Part shown: in pieces, positions 1-8,717 of the stretch
How the letters are laid out: each line of letters opens with the position of its first letter
Position numbering within the stretch: the first letter of the stretch is position 1
NCBI GenBank assembly: GCA_020348445.1
Contig: CP070751.1
Coordinates: 4,392,901 to 4,456,900, forward strand
From: Thermoplasmata archaeon
GTDB lineage: Archaea > Thermoplasmatota > Thermoplasmata > GCA-020350865
Direction: 5' to 3'
DNA: 64,000 nt
Translations under genes and position numbers: made by a program
Notes under the pieces: generated by a model
The model's input: the letters and a program-made list of their open reading frames with translations, nothing else
Database searches by the model: none
Told to the model about the DNA's origin: nothing

Positions 1-1367
1 GCCTTATATATTTCACCGTCGTTGTGATTGTCGGTCTCATCATAAATCGTATCTCCAGATCCCTCATCCATATGCCATACTGCAACGGCATCGGGAATTA
101 CTCCCCCACCTGCTGTAGAGCCGCTTCCATTGAATTGAACTACATCTCCTTCGTTTACGGTTTGGTCTGGGCCTGCGTCGGCGGTTGGGGGTTGGGATTG
201 AGGAGGGGAGGGTGTGCCGATGGCGTAGAGGTTACCATCTGAAGAGCCGACATATATCGTGCCATCTGAACCTATCGCAGGAGATGAACACACCTCGCCG
301 CCGGTTGAGAAATTCCATTTCTCAGTTCCATCGGGATTTATTGCATATAGTTTATTGTCATCGGAGCCAATATAAATTGTACCGTCAGAGCTAATTGCAG
401 GTGATGAGCGTATATAATATTCAGTCGTAAAGTTCCATTTCTCTGTACCATCTGGATTAATCGCATACAATTTTCCATCCCAGGAGCCAATATAAATTGT
501 TTCATCAGAACCAATTGCAGGTGAAGAGGTAATAATGTGATCTGTTGAAAAGTTCCATATCTCTGTTCCGTCTGGGTTAATTGCATACAGTTTATAATCA
601 CAAGAGCCTACATAAATTGTACCGTCAGAACCAATTGCGGGTGAAGACCATACCGAACTACCAGTTTTATAACTCCATTTCTCTGTGCCATCCGGATTAA
701 TTGCGTATAAATAATAATAATAGGAACCAATATAAATTGTACCATCAGAGGCAATTGCTGGTGAAGAGTGCAAATCCATAGCAGTTGTGTAACTCCATTT
801 CTCAGTACCATCTGGATTGATTGCATAAAGTATATTGTCCTCAGATCCAACATAAATTGTTCCATCAGAACCGATTGCAGGTGATGATCTCACTTCACCG
901 TTAGTCGAGAAATTCCATTTCTCAGTTCCATCCGGATTGATCGTATGTAGCTTTCTATCCCAACAACCAACATAAATCTCACCGTTGAAACCGATTACAG
1001 GAGAGGAACTTACCCAATAACCTGTCGTAAAATTCCACTTTATCGTACCATCTATATTAATAGCATAGAGTAGACCATCGTGTGAACCCACATAGATGGT
1101 ATTATCGGAACCGATTGTAGGTGATGATTCAATTCTATTATTAGTCGCAAAATTCCACTTTAATTTTCCAGGGTTTGTGCTAGTATCATACGGGCTGAGA
1201 CCTGTATGATTGAGATTTTGCCGGAACATCGGCCACGGGGAATCAGCCAGACCTCCCCCTCCCCCACTCGAACTTGAATCCGGTTCCCCAACATCAAGGG
1301 TTATCGGTGTGGAAGTAGAAGCTAACATAACCAAACATAAAAACAAACTTTCAATCTTGGAATTCAT
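1..1367 (-). CDS. Secreted PQQ-like (BamB-type) 8-blade beta-propeller protein followed by a PKD-type start and a LamG-like segment; runs off the window edge
   Basis: Manual translation from ATG 1367 (SD GGAGAGG) is open to position 1 and is missed by the ORF track because it has no stop. Signal-like MNSKIESLFLCLVMLA, eight 40-aa repeats KWNFxT...SSPAIGSDGTIYVGS.D..LYAINPDGTE, then PTADAGPDQTVNEGDVVQFNGS and VAVWHMDEGSGDTIYD. Confidence 0.85.
   Translation of the reverse strand, partial: MNSKIESLFLCLVMLASTSTPITLDVGEPDSSSSGGGGGLADSPWPMFRQNLNHTGLSPYDTSTNPGKLKWNFATNNRIESSPTIGSDNTIYVGSHDGLLYAINIDGTIKWNFTTGYWVSSSPVIGFNGEIYVGCWDRKLHTINPDGTEKWNFSTNGEVRSSPAIGSDGTIYVGSEDNILYAINPDGTEKWSYTTAMDLHSSPAIASDGTIYIGSYYYYLYAINPDGTEKWSYKTGSSVWSSPAIGSDGTIYVGSCDYKLYAINPDGTEIWNFSTDHIITSSPAIGSDETIYIGSWDGKLYAINPDGTEKWNFTTEYYIRSSPAISSDGTIYIGSDDNKLYAINPDGTEKWNFSTGGEVCSSPAIGSDGTIYVGSSDGNLYAIGTPSPPQSQPPTADAGPDQTVNEGDVVQFNGSGSTAGGGVIPDAVAVWHMDEGSGDTIYDETDNHNDGEIYK
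216..1160 (-). repeat. Eight tandem 120-bp coding repeats (propeller blades)
   Basis: Recurring ccaa.ataaattgt / ccatttctc.gt.ccatc.ggatt motifs at about 120-bp period. Confidence 0.9.
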
Positions 1368-1581
1368 TCTAACCTCTCCCTACCGCCAGCTTGATTGGAA
1401 ACGCCCTTCTAAGTAGCTTTTCGAGGCTTATTGGATATAATGGTTTTATTAAATATTTATAATTTGGCTTTTAAGATACTGTTGCAGGAAGGCACCTGAG
1501 GTGAAAATGTGTTAAAACTCAAAGAAAAATCCAAAAAAGAGCGATTTTGCAATATACGTTATCCTCAAATATCTTTATTAC

Positions 1582-2160
1582 ATGGGGGTATTGGGGAAGA
1601 ATATGGGCTGGGAAGATATAATGGGAGATTGGCGATTTTGGACAACTTCAATTTCAATAATCATGGCTATTGTAATTCTAAAAAGTATTGGGATTAAAAT
1701 GTATAAACCAAAATTCAAAATTATGTATGAAACGGGTCGATTAGATTTTATCAAAACGAAAGATGGCGATATAACGGATTGCAAACTATTTTTTGCTTTA
1801 AATCACACCAATGGTTTTAAGGAAATTCCAATTCCAACTTTTATTAAACGGAATTTTATTAAGAAAGATAGTGTGACCTATGCCTTTCCCGAAAATTTCC
1901 CTTATCGGCGTATAGATAGTCCAATCATTTGGAAATTGGGATATTATAATCATCCATTTTGGTTGTATAGTTGTGAATGTTTCGATTGGGATGGACATAA
2001 ATGGGTGTCAAGAAATTGGAATGAATTATATGCCATTGGAAATTGGGCGTGGTTATTTCTTATGGGGAAATTGAGAAAGAAAGGGTATAAACAAATAAAA
2101 AGATGGAAGAAGGAAATTAAAAAGGAAGAGAAAGAAGAAAAATATAGGACAGTCACATAA
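1582..2160 (+). CDS. Hypothetical Trp-rich membrane-anchored protein; possibly 5'-truncated by a stop at 1513-1515
   Basis: 192-aa ORF with a hydrophobic segment WTTSISIIMAIVIL and a basic C-terminus. The frame continues upstream to SD GAGGTG + ATG 1507 apart from one TAA. Confidence 0.6.
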   Translation: MGVLGKNMGWEDIMGDWRFWTTSISIIMAIVILKSIGIKMYKPKFKIMYETGRLDFIKTKDGDITDCKLFFALNHTNGFKEIPIPTFIKRNFIKKDSVTYAFPENFPYRRIDSPIIWKLGYYNHPFWLYSCECFDWDGHKWVSRNWNELYAIGNWAWLFLMGKLRKKGYKQIKRWKKEIKKEEKEEKYRTVT

Positions 2161-2177
2161 TATTAATAAAACAGAAC

Positions 2178-2244
2178 GAGACAGGAGCATTTCAGATTCA
2201 ACCATATTGACCGTATATTGAATTCTTGTTTATGTTCCTGTCTC
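2178..2244. terminator. Long imperfect hairpin followed by a T-run
   Basis: gagacaggagcat (2178-2190) pairs with atgttcctgtctc (2232-2244), with inner attcaa/ttgaat; T7 follows at about 2254. Confidence 0.45.
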
Positions 2245-2355
2245 CTGTAACGATTTTTTTATATTAAGAGAAATCAAAATATCTGGTAATAAAAATCTAT
2301 TATTGTAACGAAATCGTTAAATGTGCGTTTTGAGTTATAGTTTTTTGCGGTCAAT

Positions 2356-3342
2356 ATGGCAAAAAAGAAAGCATCAAAGATAATTGAAGAATGGCTTGAA
2401 GGAACTGAATTCGATTCAAGAGAAACTTTAGATATAGGCGGGCTTCTATTCTTTCCTGAGGATATCTATAATGAATTAAAATCTGAAAATAAAATAATAC
2501 GAGAAACAAATAAACGATTAAATGAAGAAAATGAAAAATTAAAGGAAAAGATAATTGATTTGGAAAAAAAACATAACATAGAAGGGTTAAAAAAACAATT
2601 AAAAGGTAAAGATATGAAATTCTCAAAACTTAATACTGATTATAATAAACTTAGAGAAAAATTAGAATCTCAAATAGAAGATTTAAAAATAAAATTATCT
2701 GGAAAAGAAAGTGAGATTAAACATTTAACTCGGGAAGTGAAAAGATATAAAATGGATAAAGAAGAATGGTTTACCAGATACCAAAGTAATTTACCACAAT
2801 GGAGTTTAGAATCGTTGGAGGATAAAAAGTATAGTTTTTACGCCTCATGGGTTAATCCTTATTCAAGAAAAACCGAAGGGAAATATATTCCAAAAGATTT
2901 TAATCCACATCATAAAAATAGGATAGAACGTGACAAACGGGATTATTATACTATTTATTATAAGGTTGGAAACAAAAACCGAAGAATAAGACTTCATAAA
3001 TCTTTATTTGAAAAATTAAAAGATGAAATTGAACCAAGAAAGAAAAAAACATTTCAAGTCCAATCCCCAATAGATATAGAAAAAAAAGATTTAATAAAAG
3101 TCGATAATTTAAATCAAATAAAAAAAATATATGCTGAAAAAGGGAAGGCAAGTATGATAACTGATAAAATGGAAAAAATTGCCAATCATTTCTTTGATAA
3201 CAGGGGTATTCCTATATCAACAGGAGAAGTTAAATCTATAGCAAAATGTGATCAAAAAACTATCAATAGACATTTAAATTTCATGAAGGATTTTGGCATT
3301 ATTGAAAAATTAAGTCATGGACAATGGAGAATGCCAGATTGA
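2356..3342 (+). CDS. Coiled-coil protein with a C-terminal winged-helix DNA-binding domain
   Basis: E/K-rich heptad region at aa about 35-135; C-terminal ISTGEVKSIAKCDQKTINRHLNFMKDFGIIEKLSHGQWRM has the HTH + wing pattern. Confidence 0.65.
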   Translation: MAKKKASKIIEEWLEGTEFDSRETLDIGGLLFFPEDIYNELKSENKIIRETNKRLNEENEKLKEKIIDLEKKHNIEGLKKQLKGKDMKFSKLNTDYNKLREKLESQIEDLKIKLSGKESEIKHLTREVKRYKMDKEEWFTRYQSNLPQWSLESLEDKKYSFYASWVNPYSRKTEGKYIPKDFNPHHKNRIERDKRDYYTIYYKVGNKNRRIRLHKSLFEKLKDEIEPRKKKTFQVQSPIDIEKKDLIKVDNLNQIKKIYAEKGKASMITDKMEKIANHFFDNRGIPISTGEVKSIAKCDQKTINRHLNFMKDFGIIEKLSHGQWRMPD

Positions 3343-3754
3343 TTAAAATCTATTTTCATGCCACAATTATGCTATTTTCATTCCACTTTCAATTCCTATT
3401 TAGTTCCATAAATCCAATTTAAATGCAATAACTATGCAATTATGAAACGATATTCGATGGAAAATCCCTTTTAAACCTATAATTCCCTATCTAAAATGTA
3501 AGTAGGCAGGTAGTAATAGAGCCCATCATTAGGGACACGAACCCTGCCTTCTTACTCTTGGTGATGTAATGGGAATGGAAAACTTAAATCTTTCGACAAA
3601 TTGAAAAAGACTATTTTTGACGATTCCACCCTACAAACCACGATTGAGGGCTTTTTAACCCCTAAATGCCCCCAAACAGGGGTGAAGTATATATACCCTA
3701 TACCCCATATGGGTATTGAGAAGGGGCAAAGTGACCCCAAAAGAGGTGGAAAAT

Positions 3755-3889
3755 ATGGAGATAAGGTTGGAAAAAGTAAAGGTAGTAGAAGAAAAGAAAA
3801 TCAGTTCAGACGGGAGAATATACGGCTTGAGCGACTTTGCAGGTTATACCGCAAAGGTGTGCATCATAGAAGGGAGCAAAAAGAAGTAA
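3755..3889 (+). CDS. 44-aa DUF2080-like (AbrB-type fold) transposase-associated microprotein
   Basis: SD GAGGTG then ATG 3755; MEIRLEKVKVVEEKKISSDGRIYGLSDFAGYTAKVCIIEGSKKK*. Below the ORF-track cutoff, in a different frame from the transposase, directly upstream of it. Confidence 0.6.
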   Translation: MEIRLEKVKVVEEKKISSDGRIYGLSDFAGYTAKVCIIEGSKKK

Positions 3890-3954
3890 GAAAAACCTTT
3901 CAAAGTGACCTAAGGGGTGTTTGTGGCACCCCAAAGGTCGGGAGGCTTGATAAT

Positions 3955-4968
3955 ATGGTATCAAACCCCAAAGAAGATATGGAAAAAGAACCTAATAAAA
4001 CCTTTGGAAAAGGTGTGAAGTGTAAGTTTTGTGGAAAGACAAATACAATAAAAAAGGGAAAAAGAAATGGTGTCCAGAGATTTATGTGCAAGGATTGTGG
4101 GAAGTATTTTTTAGATAATGGAAATTTCCCAAGGATGCATGTGGATAAAGATGTAATCAGATTTGCTTTGGATACATATTTTGAGGGATTATCTGTAAGA
4201 AAAGTTGCCAGACAAATAAAGAAGATATGGAATATAGATGTAAATCCTTCAACCATTTATCGATGGATAAGAAAATATGTTCCAATGATAAATGATTACC
4301 TTAAGAAATTCCATCCCTATGCATGGCAACATGATTGGCATAATGATGAGACTATGATCCCTGTGGGTGGGGAGAAAGTCTATTTCTGGGATTTAATTGA
4401 TAGGGATACAAAATTTCTATTATCAGGCTTTGTGAGTGGGAGAGAAAGGAATGTAAAACAAGCTAGAAGGATGTATAAAGAGGCAAGAGATTTGGCTGAT
4501 GGTTTACCTGATGCAGTTTACTGTGATAGAAATCCAACCTATGAGAGGGCATTTCATAGTGTCTTTAAAAAAAGAGATATTGGATTCCACAATAAGATAG
4601 GAATAAGGAGCAAAGAGAATACAAATAATGCAATTGAGAGATTTCATTCTACTCTTAAGGATAGGCTTAAACCAATGAGAGGGATGCAAAATCCTCATGC
4701 AGTTTTGGATGGCTTTAGAATCCATTACAACTATCTTAGGGTGCATCAATCATTAGATGGTCAGACACCTGCACAAGCCTCTGGGATTGATTTACCCTTT
4801 GAAGATGGATGGGGTGATTTAATAGATTGGGCTACTTATAATCAAAATGGAAATATCATTAAATCAAAGCCAAGAAAGGGATGGGAACATAAATTCTGCT
4901 CTGAAAGACAATGGAGAATTAAGAAAGAAAAAGAGATAGATTCATTTATTTCCACAATAAGGGCATAG
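3955..4968 (+). CDS. IS6-family-like DDE transposase/integrase with an N-terminal Zn ribbon
   Basis: CKFC...CKDC ribbon, HTH (LSVRKVARQIKKIWNIDVNPSTIYRWI), catalytic-looking WHNDET, YCDRNPTY and NNAIERFHSTLK. Start placed at ATG 3955 behind SD GGGAGG. Confidence 0.85.
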   Translation: MVSNPKEDMEKEPNKTFGKGVKCKFCGKTNTIKKGKRNGVQRFMCKDCGKYFLDNGNFPRMHVDKDVIRFALDTYFEGLSVRKVARQIKKIWNIDVNPSTIYRWIRKYVPMINDYLKKFHPYAWQHDWHNDETMIPVGGEKVYFWDLIDRDTKFLLSGFVSGRERNVKQARRMYKEARDLADGLPDAVYCDRNPTYERAFHSVFKKRDIGFHNKIGIRSKENTNNAIERFHSTLKDRLKPMRGMQNPHAVLDGFRIHYNYLRVHQSLDGQTPAQASGIDLPFEDGWGDLIDWATYNQNGNIIKSKPRKGWEHKFCSERQWRIKKEKEIDSFISTIRA

Positions 4969-5325
4969 ATTACTATCAATCGGGATTTGTTTTTTACAGT
5001 TATTACATTGTCTACTTTGAGGTTGTTGTTGGAGATGTTCTAATATCTGTTTAGATAGTTTTTGTTGTTGAGATTGAGATTTACCGATAACAATTAAGGC
5101 AAAGCCTATAACCAAAAAAAATACTCCACCTGATACGCAGTTTGTATAATCATCAGTATAATCATCAGTAGGCCTATTAGTGACTGCTTCACTGGTTTCT
5201 TCATTTTCCTTTTCTAAACTTTTACTTATTTCTCCAACTATTGCTATGCTTAAAAACACTATACCTATCACTACGCAAATTATTCCTAGCAATATTGACG
5301 GTTTAGTTTTAATTTCACCCAACAT
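4942..5325 (-). CDS. Two-TM membrane protein with a C-terminal Zn ribbon
   Basis: Two hydrophobic segments; CNNC...CPYC at the C-terminus; SD GAGGGG upstream; 27-bp convergent overlap with the transposase. Confidence 0.75.
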   Translation of the reverse strand: MLGEIKTKPSILLGIICVVIGIVFLSIAIVGEISKSLEKENEETSEAVTNRPTDDYTDDYTNCVSGGVFFLVIGFALIVIGKSQSQQQKLSKQILEHLQQQPQSRQCNNCKKQIPIDSNLCPYCGNK

Positions 5326-5493
5326 ATAACATTCCCCTCACATGATGATAATAATCTGTTGGGTATTTAATAATAGTTGTTATTATGGGTGCCTTCCCGC
5401 AACAGTATCATCAACCATAAAATATTTATATAAAGAACTTCCTTTTAATAATAGTCGGAAAACTCGATAGGTGAATGCGAAAAGGGAGGCTTA

Positions 5494-5817
5494 ATTATTT
5501 CAATAAGAAATAATAAAAAGATTATAACAATAGAAGATTTAATTTTTTTACACCTTTTAAATAATTATCAGAACCAAGATGAATATTATGTTTCGGAATT
5601 ATTAACAGAAGAAGGCATTCAACATGTGATAAATTGTAGTCTTTGCTATATCTCCCGAATATTAAAGAAAATTGAGGAAGAAGGATATGTATATCGAAGA
5701 TTAATGAGAATCGAGAATAAGAAACGAAAACATAATGCATTTTTTTTAACTGACAAAGGATTTAAGCTTGCAGAGAAAATAAGAGAAAAAAATTCGGATC
5801 GAATTGAAAAGATATAA
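5494..5817 (+). CDS. Winged-helix (MarR-like) DNA-binding protein; start uncertain (ATT/ATA, or GTG 5626)
   Basis: Frame open from 5455: ITIEDLIFLHLL...ELLTEEGIQHVINCSLCYISRILKKIEEEGYVYRR...FFLTDKGFKLA. SD GGAGG at 5485-5489 is followed only by ATT codons. Confidence 0.65.
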   Translation: MISIRNNKKIITIEDLIFLHLLNNYQNQDEYYVSELLTEEGIQHVINCSLCYISRILKKIEEEGYVYRRLMRIENKKRKHNAFFLTDKGFKLAEKIREKNSDRIEKI

Positions 5818-6131
5818 CAACAATCTAGTAAAAAATAAGTATAAAAATAATTTATGCATAATTAAAATTCTAATGAATTTTATAGTTAAATTTAACTCAA
5901 AATTAACTTAAATTTAACAACTAGGTATATTAAGATTAAATGTGATTCAAATATTATAATATATAGTTTGAAGGGGGGTGATAGAAGACTAAAGAAAAAA
6001 GTATGGGAACCAGATTTTCTATTTAGTGATTTCTTTGCTATAATTTTTATAGCAACGCAACCGATTGACAGTTTTCGAAAGCATTGGCAAGGAAAAAATC
6101 TAGCATTAAAAATTAATAAGGAGGAAAATAA

Positions 6132-7994
6132 ATGAAAAATGAAATAAAAAGAAAAGCGATAGGAAGAATATTTGCGATTATTTTTGTTGGGATATTTATG
6201 GTACCTGCACTTGCTCCTTCTGTTGTTGGTGATCCATGTGATGTTTGGGAAAGAGATGCTCAAAATGAAATATCCCCTAAGGTTTTGACTGATGAGGTTG
6301 GTATAGGGACAGCAGATCCAGGTGCTATGTTACATGTAGTGGGTGATGTAAAAATCGATTCAGGCGATTTAAATGTTGACTCAGGAACCTTTTTTGTAGA
6401 TGAATCTGGAAATAAAGTTGGTATAGGGACAACTAACCCTGCAGCTTCTTTAGAGGTTGCGGGAAGTGCACATCAAATCATGTTATCAGACAGTGGAGAC
6501 AACTATAATGAAAGAGCATCTTTTGGCCATGTTGACGGAGCCAATGGTGGTGGTTACCTAAGATTATTTAATAACCAGGAAATTCAAAATGTCGGTATAA
6601 GGTCTTACGGAGATAGCTTCTTTAATGGTGGCAATGTTGGAATCGGAACAGTGAATCCAGGTGCATTATTAGATTTATCGTCAAATGGAAATACAAAACT
6701 AAGATTTACAGATACCGTTGTTAGCACATATTATATAAAACACGATGGTGGTGGCGATAGTCTTTCAATTGGTCGTTTAACAGGTGGAGCTGCTATCGAG
6801 AGTGATTATCTTACTATAGATAATGGCAATGTCGGTATTGGAACTGCGGACCCCCAGAGATTGCTACACTTATCACTGGATGGTTCCCCTGAAATTGCTA
6901 TCGAAAACTCATGTGCAGCTACAGACAACAAGGTTTGGAGAATCAGAGGCTCAAGTGGAACAATATCCAATCTTCATTTTGAGACAGTTAATGACGCTTT
7001 CTCGTCTGCAACAAATGTTATGACATTATTAAGAACTGGCAATGTCGGTATCGGAACGCCGGATCCAGGAGATAAACTTGAAGTACGGGGCTCTATTAGG
7101 CTAGACAGTGATTCTTCTGATGGCCCTAATGTAATGCTATATGATAATACTGAGACGCCTTGGGAAATAGATAACTACAATGGACGATTACGTTTCTACC
7201 GCCCTGGTGAAGAGAAGATGACCATCAATTCTGATGGCAATATCGGCATAGGAACTTCAACTACCCCAGCTAACTTAAACATATTCGACGATACATATCC
7301 TTGGATGAATTTCGTGAATACCGCCTCAGGAGGAACATCAAGTGATGGAGTAGGATTAGGTATGACTAATATTAGGGACGGTTTTATCTCAAACGGTGAG
7401 GAAGGAAAAAGTTTGTTATTTCAGACAAAGAATGCAGAGGGCGTTAGTTCTGTTAAACTAGAAATAGAGGGTGATGGTGATGTCGGAATCGGGAGACAGA
7501 ATCCTGTGGCAAAACTGGAGGTTGCGGGAGAAAATCATCAAATCATGCTATCAGACAGTGGAGACTTCTACAATGAAAGAGCATCTATTGGCCATCTTAA
7601 CGACCATGGTGGTTATCTAAGATTATTTAAAGATGATGAAACCCAAACTGTCGGTATAAGGTCTTACGGAGATAGCTTCTTTAATGGTGGTAACGTCGGC
7701 ATTGGGACCACAGACCCTGGTTCAGCTAAGTTAGCTGTGATGGGCGGCAATGTCGGCATTGGTACAACACAACCAGATACAGATTTACATCTCGGTGGTG
7801 ATGGTATTCTCACATTTAAGGCCATGTGGGATATGCCATCAGGAGATCCAAGTGATGATACTTGTTGGTTGTATGTTGACATGGATCGTGATCCTTTAGA
7901 TCAAGGAACTTATTATAGATTAATCTTTGAATGCCCTGGTCCTAGCGAATTTAATAGAATTGTCGTTAAACAAATATATCGTATAGACGATTAA
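6132..7994 (+). CDS. Secreted fibre-like protein with nine G(N/D)(V/I)GIG(T/R)-type repeats
   Basis: SD GGAGG; signal-like IFAIIFVGIFMVPALA; nine xxVGIGT-type motifs resembling tail-fibre-like shaft repeats; internal duplicated module. Confidence 0.75.
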   Translation: MKNEIKRKAIGRIFAIIFVGIFMVPALAPSVVGDPCDVWERDAQNEISPKVLTDEVGIGTADPGAMLHVVGDVKIDSGDLNVDSGTFFVDESGNKVGIGTTNPAASLEVAGSAHQIMLSDSGDNYNERASFGHVDGANGGGYLRLFNNQEIQNVGIRSYGDSFFNGGNVGIGTVNPGALLDLSSNGNTKLRFTDTVVSTYYIKHDGGGDSLSIGRLTGGAAIESDYLTIDNGNVGIGTADPQRLLHLSLDGSPEIAIENSCAATDNKVWRIRGSSGTISNLHFETVNDAFSSATNVMTLLRTGNVGIGTPDPGDKLEVRGSIRLDSDSSDGPNVMLYDNTETPWEIDNYNGRLRFYRPGEEKMTINSDGNIGIGTSTTPANLNIFDDTYPWMNFVNTASGGTSSDGVGLGMTNIRDGFISNGEEGKSLLFQTKNAEGVSSVKLEIEGDGDVGIGRQNPVAKLEVAGENHQIMLSDSGDFYNERASIGHLNDHGGYLRLFKDDETQTVGIRSYGDSFFNGGNVGIGTTDPGSAKLAVMGGNVGIGTTQPDTDLHLGGDGILTFKAMWDMPSGDPSDDTCWLYVDMDRDPLDQGTYYRLIFECPGPSEFNRIVVKQIYRIDD

Positions 7995-8302
7995 ATTTAT
8001 AATATAAAAAAAGATGTCTTTTAAAATAGTATAAACTTAATTAATAAAATAGCTGATTTTATTCTTTTTTCTTTTTATTTTAAATGGTGGGCGAGATATA
8101 TTTACCTTACATTGAATTCATCTTCTATCTTTCAAATCCTGGAAATCATGTAATTACCCCTATTGCATGGTGGTTGATATAATTGGCAAAGGGTATATAA
8201 GCTTGGAAGCTATTTTAGCTATTTAGAAGAAGTCAAAGCCGGAGTTTGAAGAGGTAAAATGTATATTAATAAATGGATATTATTGAAAGGGGGTGATCTA
8301 AA

Positions 8303-8428
8303 ATGAAAATTAAAAATATTTTAAAAATAATTATTGAATTATTTATAATCTTCATCATAATACTGTTATTTGCCATTTTTCCTTCTCCACCATGTTTCTG
8401 GGTTATTATTGGTATGATAGGGGCTATG
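8303..8428 (+). CDS. 41-aa hydrophobic microprotein
   Basis: SD GGGGGTGA then ATG 8303; MKIKNILKIIIELFIIFIIILLFAIFPSPPCFWVIIGMIGL*. Confidence 0.45.
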
Positions 8429-8717
8429 ATATTTTATATGATGCATAAAGAAAGGGATAGATAAATACAAAAGATAGGATAGATCGCTAATACTCGGGTT
8501 TTTAGAGGTTTTTGATTGAAATAAACGGGAAACGAAACATTAGTCAATAGCATTACTACTGTTCATTTAACCTATTATTATGATTTGTTAACGATGAACA
8601 ATTCATACACTGTTCAACTAACCACGAGAGGATATGCTACACATCAATTAAGTTACTGCTCATCTAATTACCAGAAAGCGTTATAGAGATTAAAAATGAA
8701 GGATTATAGATTTAAAT

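Larger units (their letters stand above)
3755..4968 (+). mobile_element. IS6-like two-gene module; ends not defined
   Basis: Microgene plus intact DDE transposase in an AT-rich island; no convincing terminal inverted repeats or target duplication found. Confidence 0.6.

Noticed and set aside
216-1160. Periodic repeats resembling a CRISPR array
   Set aside because: The period is 120 bp, in frame, degenerate at third positions, and encodes propeller blades. No repeat-spacer array or cas genes are seen anywhere in the window.
1513-1515. Sec/Pyl recoding of the in-frame stop
   Set aside because: The codon is TAA, not TGA or TAG.
3601-3954. 118-aa N-terminal extension of the transposase in the ORF track
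   Set aside because: It overlaps the SD-supported 44-aa ORF in another frame, and a good SD sits before ATG 3955.
3509-4977. Possible IS terminal inverted repeats ggtagtaatagagccc (3509-3524) and gggcatagattactatc (4961-4977)
   Set aside because: The match is imperfect and gapped, there is no flanking direct repeat, and the right copy encodes DSNLCP in the Zn ribbon of the convergent gene, so it is probably chance.
6450-7705. Duplicated module as a DGR template/variable repeat pair
   Set aside because: Differences are not restricted to adenines, both copies are in-frame coding, and no reverse transcriptase is present.
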